61,986 nucleotides of DNA, taken from contig CAZPWM010000006.1 of NCBI GenBank assembly GCA_964590575.1, positions 1 to 61,986 on the forward strand. The letters are read 5' to 3'. Made by a program: the position numbers and the translations under genes. Shown in pieces: positions 61,201 to 61,986 of this stretch; positions within the stretch are counted from its first letter, which is position 1; each line of letters begins with the position of its first letter. The notes under the pieces were generated by a model. The model ran no database searches. It was not told the DNA's origin and worked only from the letters and a program-made list of their open reading frames with translations. The DNA comes from an uncultured archaeon. Lineage in GTDB: Archaea > Asgardarchaeota > Thorarchaeia > Thorarchaeales > Thorarchaeaceae.

Positions 61201-61890
61201 ATGTTTGAGAGGAAACATTATTGGAAATTGCTATTGGTTCTACTTCCGATTATTCTTCTCAATATACCATTCCTCAATTCCGTTTATGATGATTTATTTT
61301 TCGCATTGGAAGTATCTCTAGTTTCCTGTGGGATTGGGCTCATCACTGCACTGTTTCTTGAAACATCAGGATTGAAATTTGGAGTTTGCACAAGTAGGAG
61401 CTACATGAAACTTGGTGGCTTACTACCTATACCAAGGTTCTTCTCAGGACTATTCTGGCCCATAATAATGGCATGGGATGATTTCCTATTGCTCTCTGAT
61501 GATTTGACCAAGCAATGGTTCTGGGGTATGGTAATCTGTTCTTACACAGGGTGGATTATAGGAATCATCTCAGTTCGTTATCGTATTTTGAAAGAACAAC
61601 CAGAAATTTCAGATGAAGAAGGAATTTCTGTGGATATCAATGAATACCGCTTAAGGCCACTAAAGAGATCTACAAAAGCCATCCTTTTGATAGGTGTGAC
61701 GTGTATCGTAGTTTGGTTTGTAATATCACTTAATGTCGTTCTATCATCTGGCAACCTTTTCTGGCTCGCTGGAATCTTTGTAATCGTCCTTATCTTAGGA
61801 GCCATTGTTTTTGTTAATGAACATCCTATCGAACTCATTGAAAGAGTTCCAAAGCCACCAGATGAACCACTAGATGATATCTCTGGATAG
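61201..61890 (+). CDS. Hypothetical multi-pass membrane protein
   Basis: About six hydrophobic segments. Confidence 0.7.
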   Translation: MFERKHYWKLLLVLLPIILLNIPFLNSVYDDLFFALEVSLVSCGIGLITALFLETSGLKFGVCTSRSYMKLGGLLPIPRFFSGLFWPIIMAWDDFLLLSDDLTKQWFWGMVICSYTGWIIGIISVRYRILKEQPEISDEEGISVDINEYRLRPLKRSTKAILLIGVTCIVVWFVISLNVVLSSGNLFWLAGIFVIVLILGAIVFVNEHPIELIERVPKPPDEPLDDISG

Positions 61891-61986
61891 AAAGAAGAAC
61901 GTTGCAGAATGCTCCCTTCTCATCTAGTTAACTGACCTTGTCGAAACGATTAAAAGCATCTCTCAAGGTGAGAGCCAAGCAGGTTC

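Overview
Archaeal chromosomal window, most consistent with an Asgard archaeon such as Thorarchaeota. That assignment is inferred from gene content, not from a search. It carries gatDE, pgk, rpiA, mtnA, an ECF transporter, tfb, corA, the rpoB-rpoA1-rpoA2-L30e-nusA-S12-S7 cluster and nine tRNA genes, eight of them intron-containing, many at non-canonical positions. The standout feature is a ~7.4 kb insertion between nusA and rps12, bounded by a 9-bp direct repeat (TTCATAATC). It encodes an enlarged 699-aa TnpB/Cas12-like RuvC nuclease and a divergent ~1680-aa PD-(D/E)XK protein, with no recognisable transposase. The nuclease gene carries two copies of a covarying hairpin+pseudoknot omega-RNA-like scaffold. 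The 3' copy is followed by a guide matching the reconstituted empty insertion site. The copy inside the 5' end of the gene is followed by a 16-nt guide matching the element's own divergent promoter. Both targets are preceded by GAT. This suggests a dual-guide homing plus autorepression system. Other accessory features are tandem islets at tRNA-Tyr (DUF3800 + structured RNA; opine dehydrogenase + B12 protein), an orphan tRNA 3' half, an orphan DNA methyltransferase, a Pro-rich membrane protein and several candidate structured RNAs.
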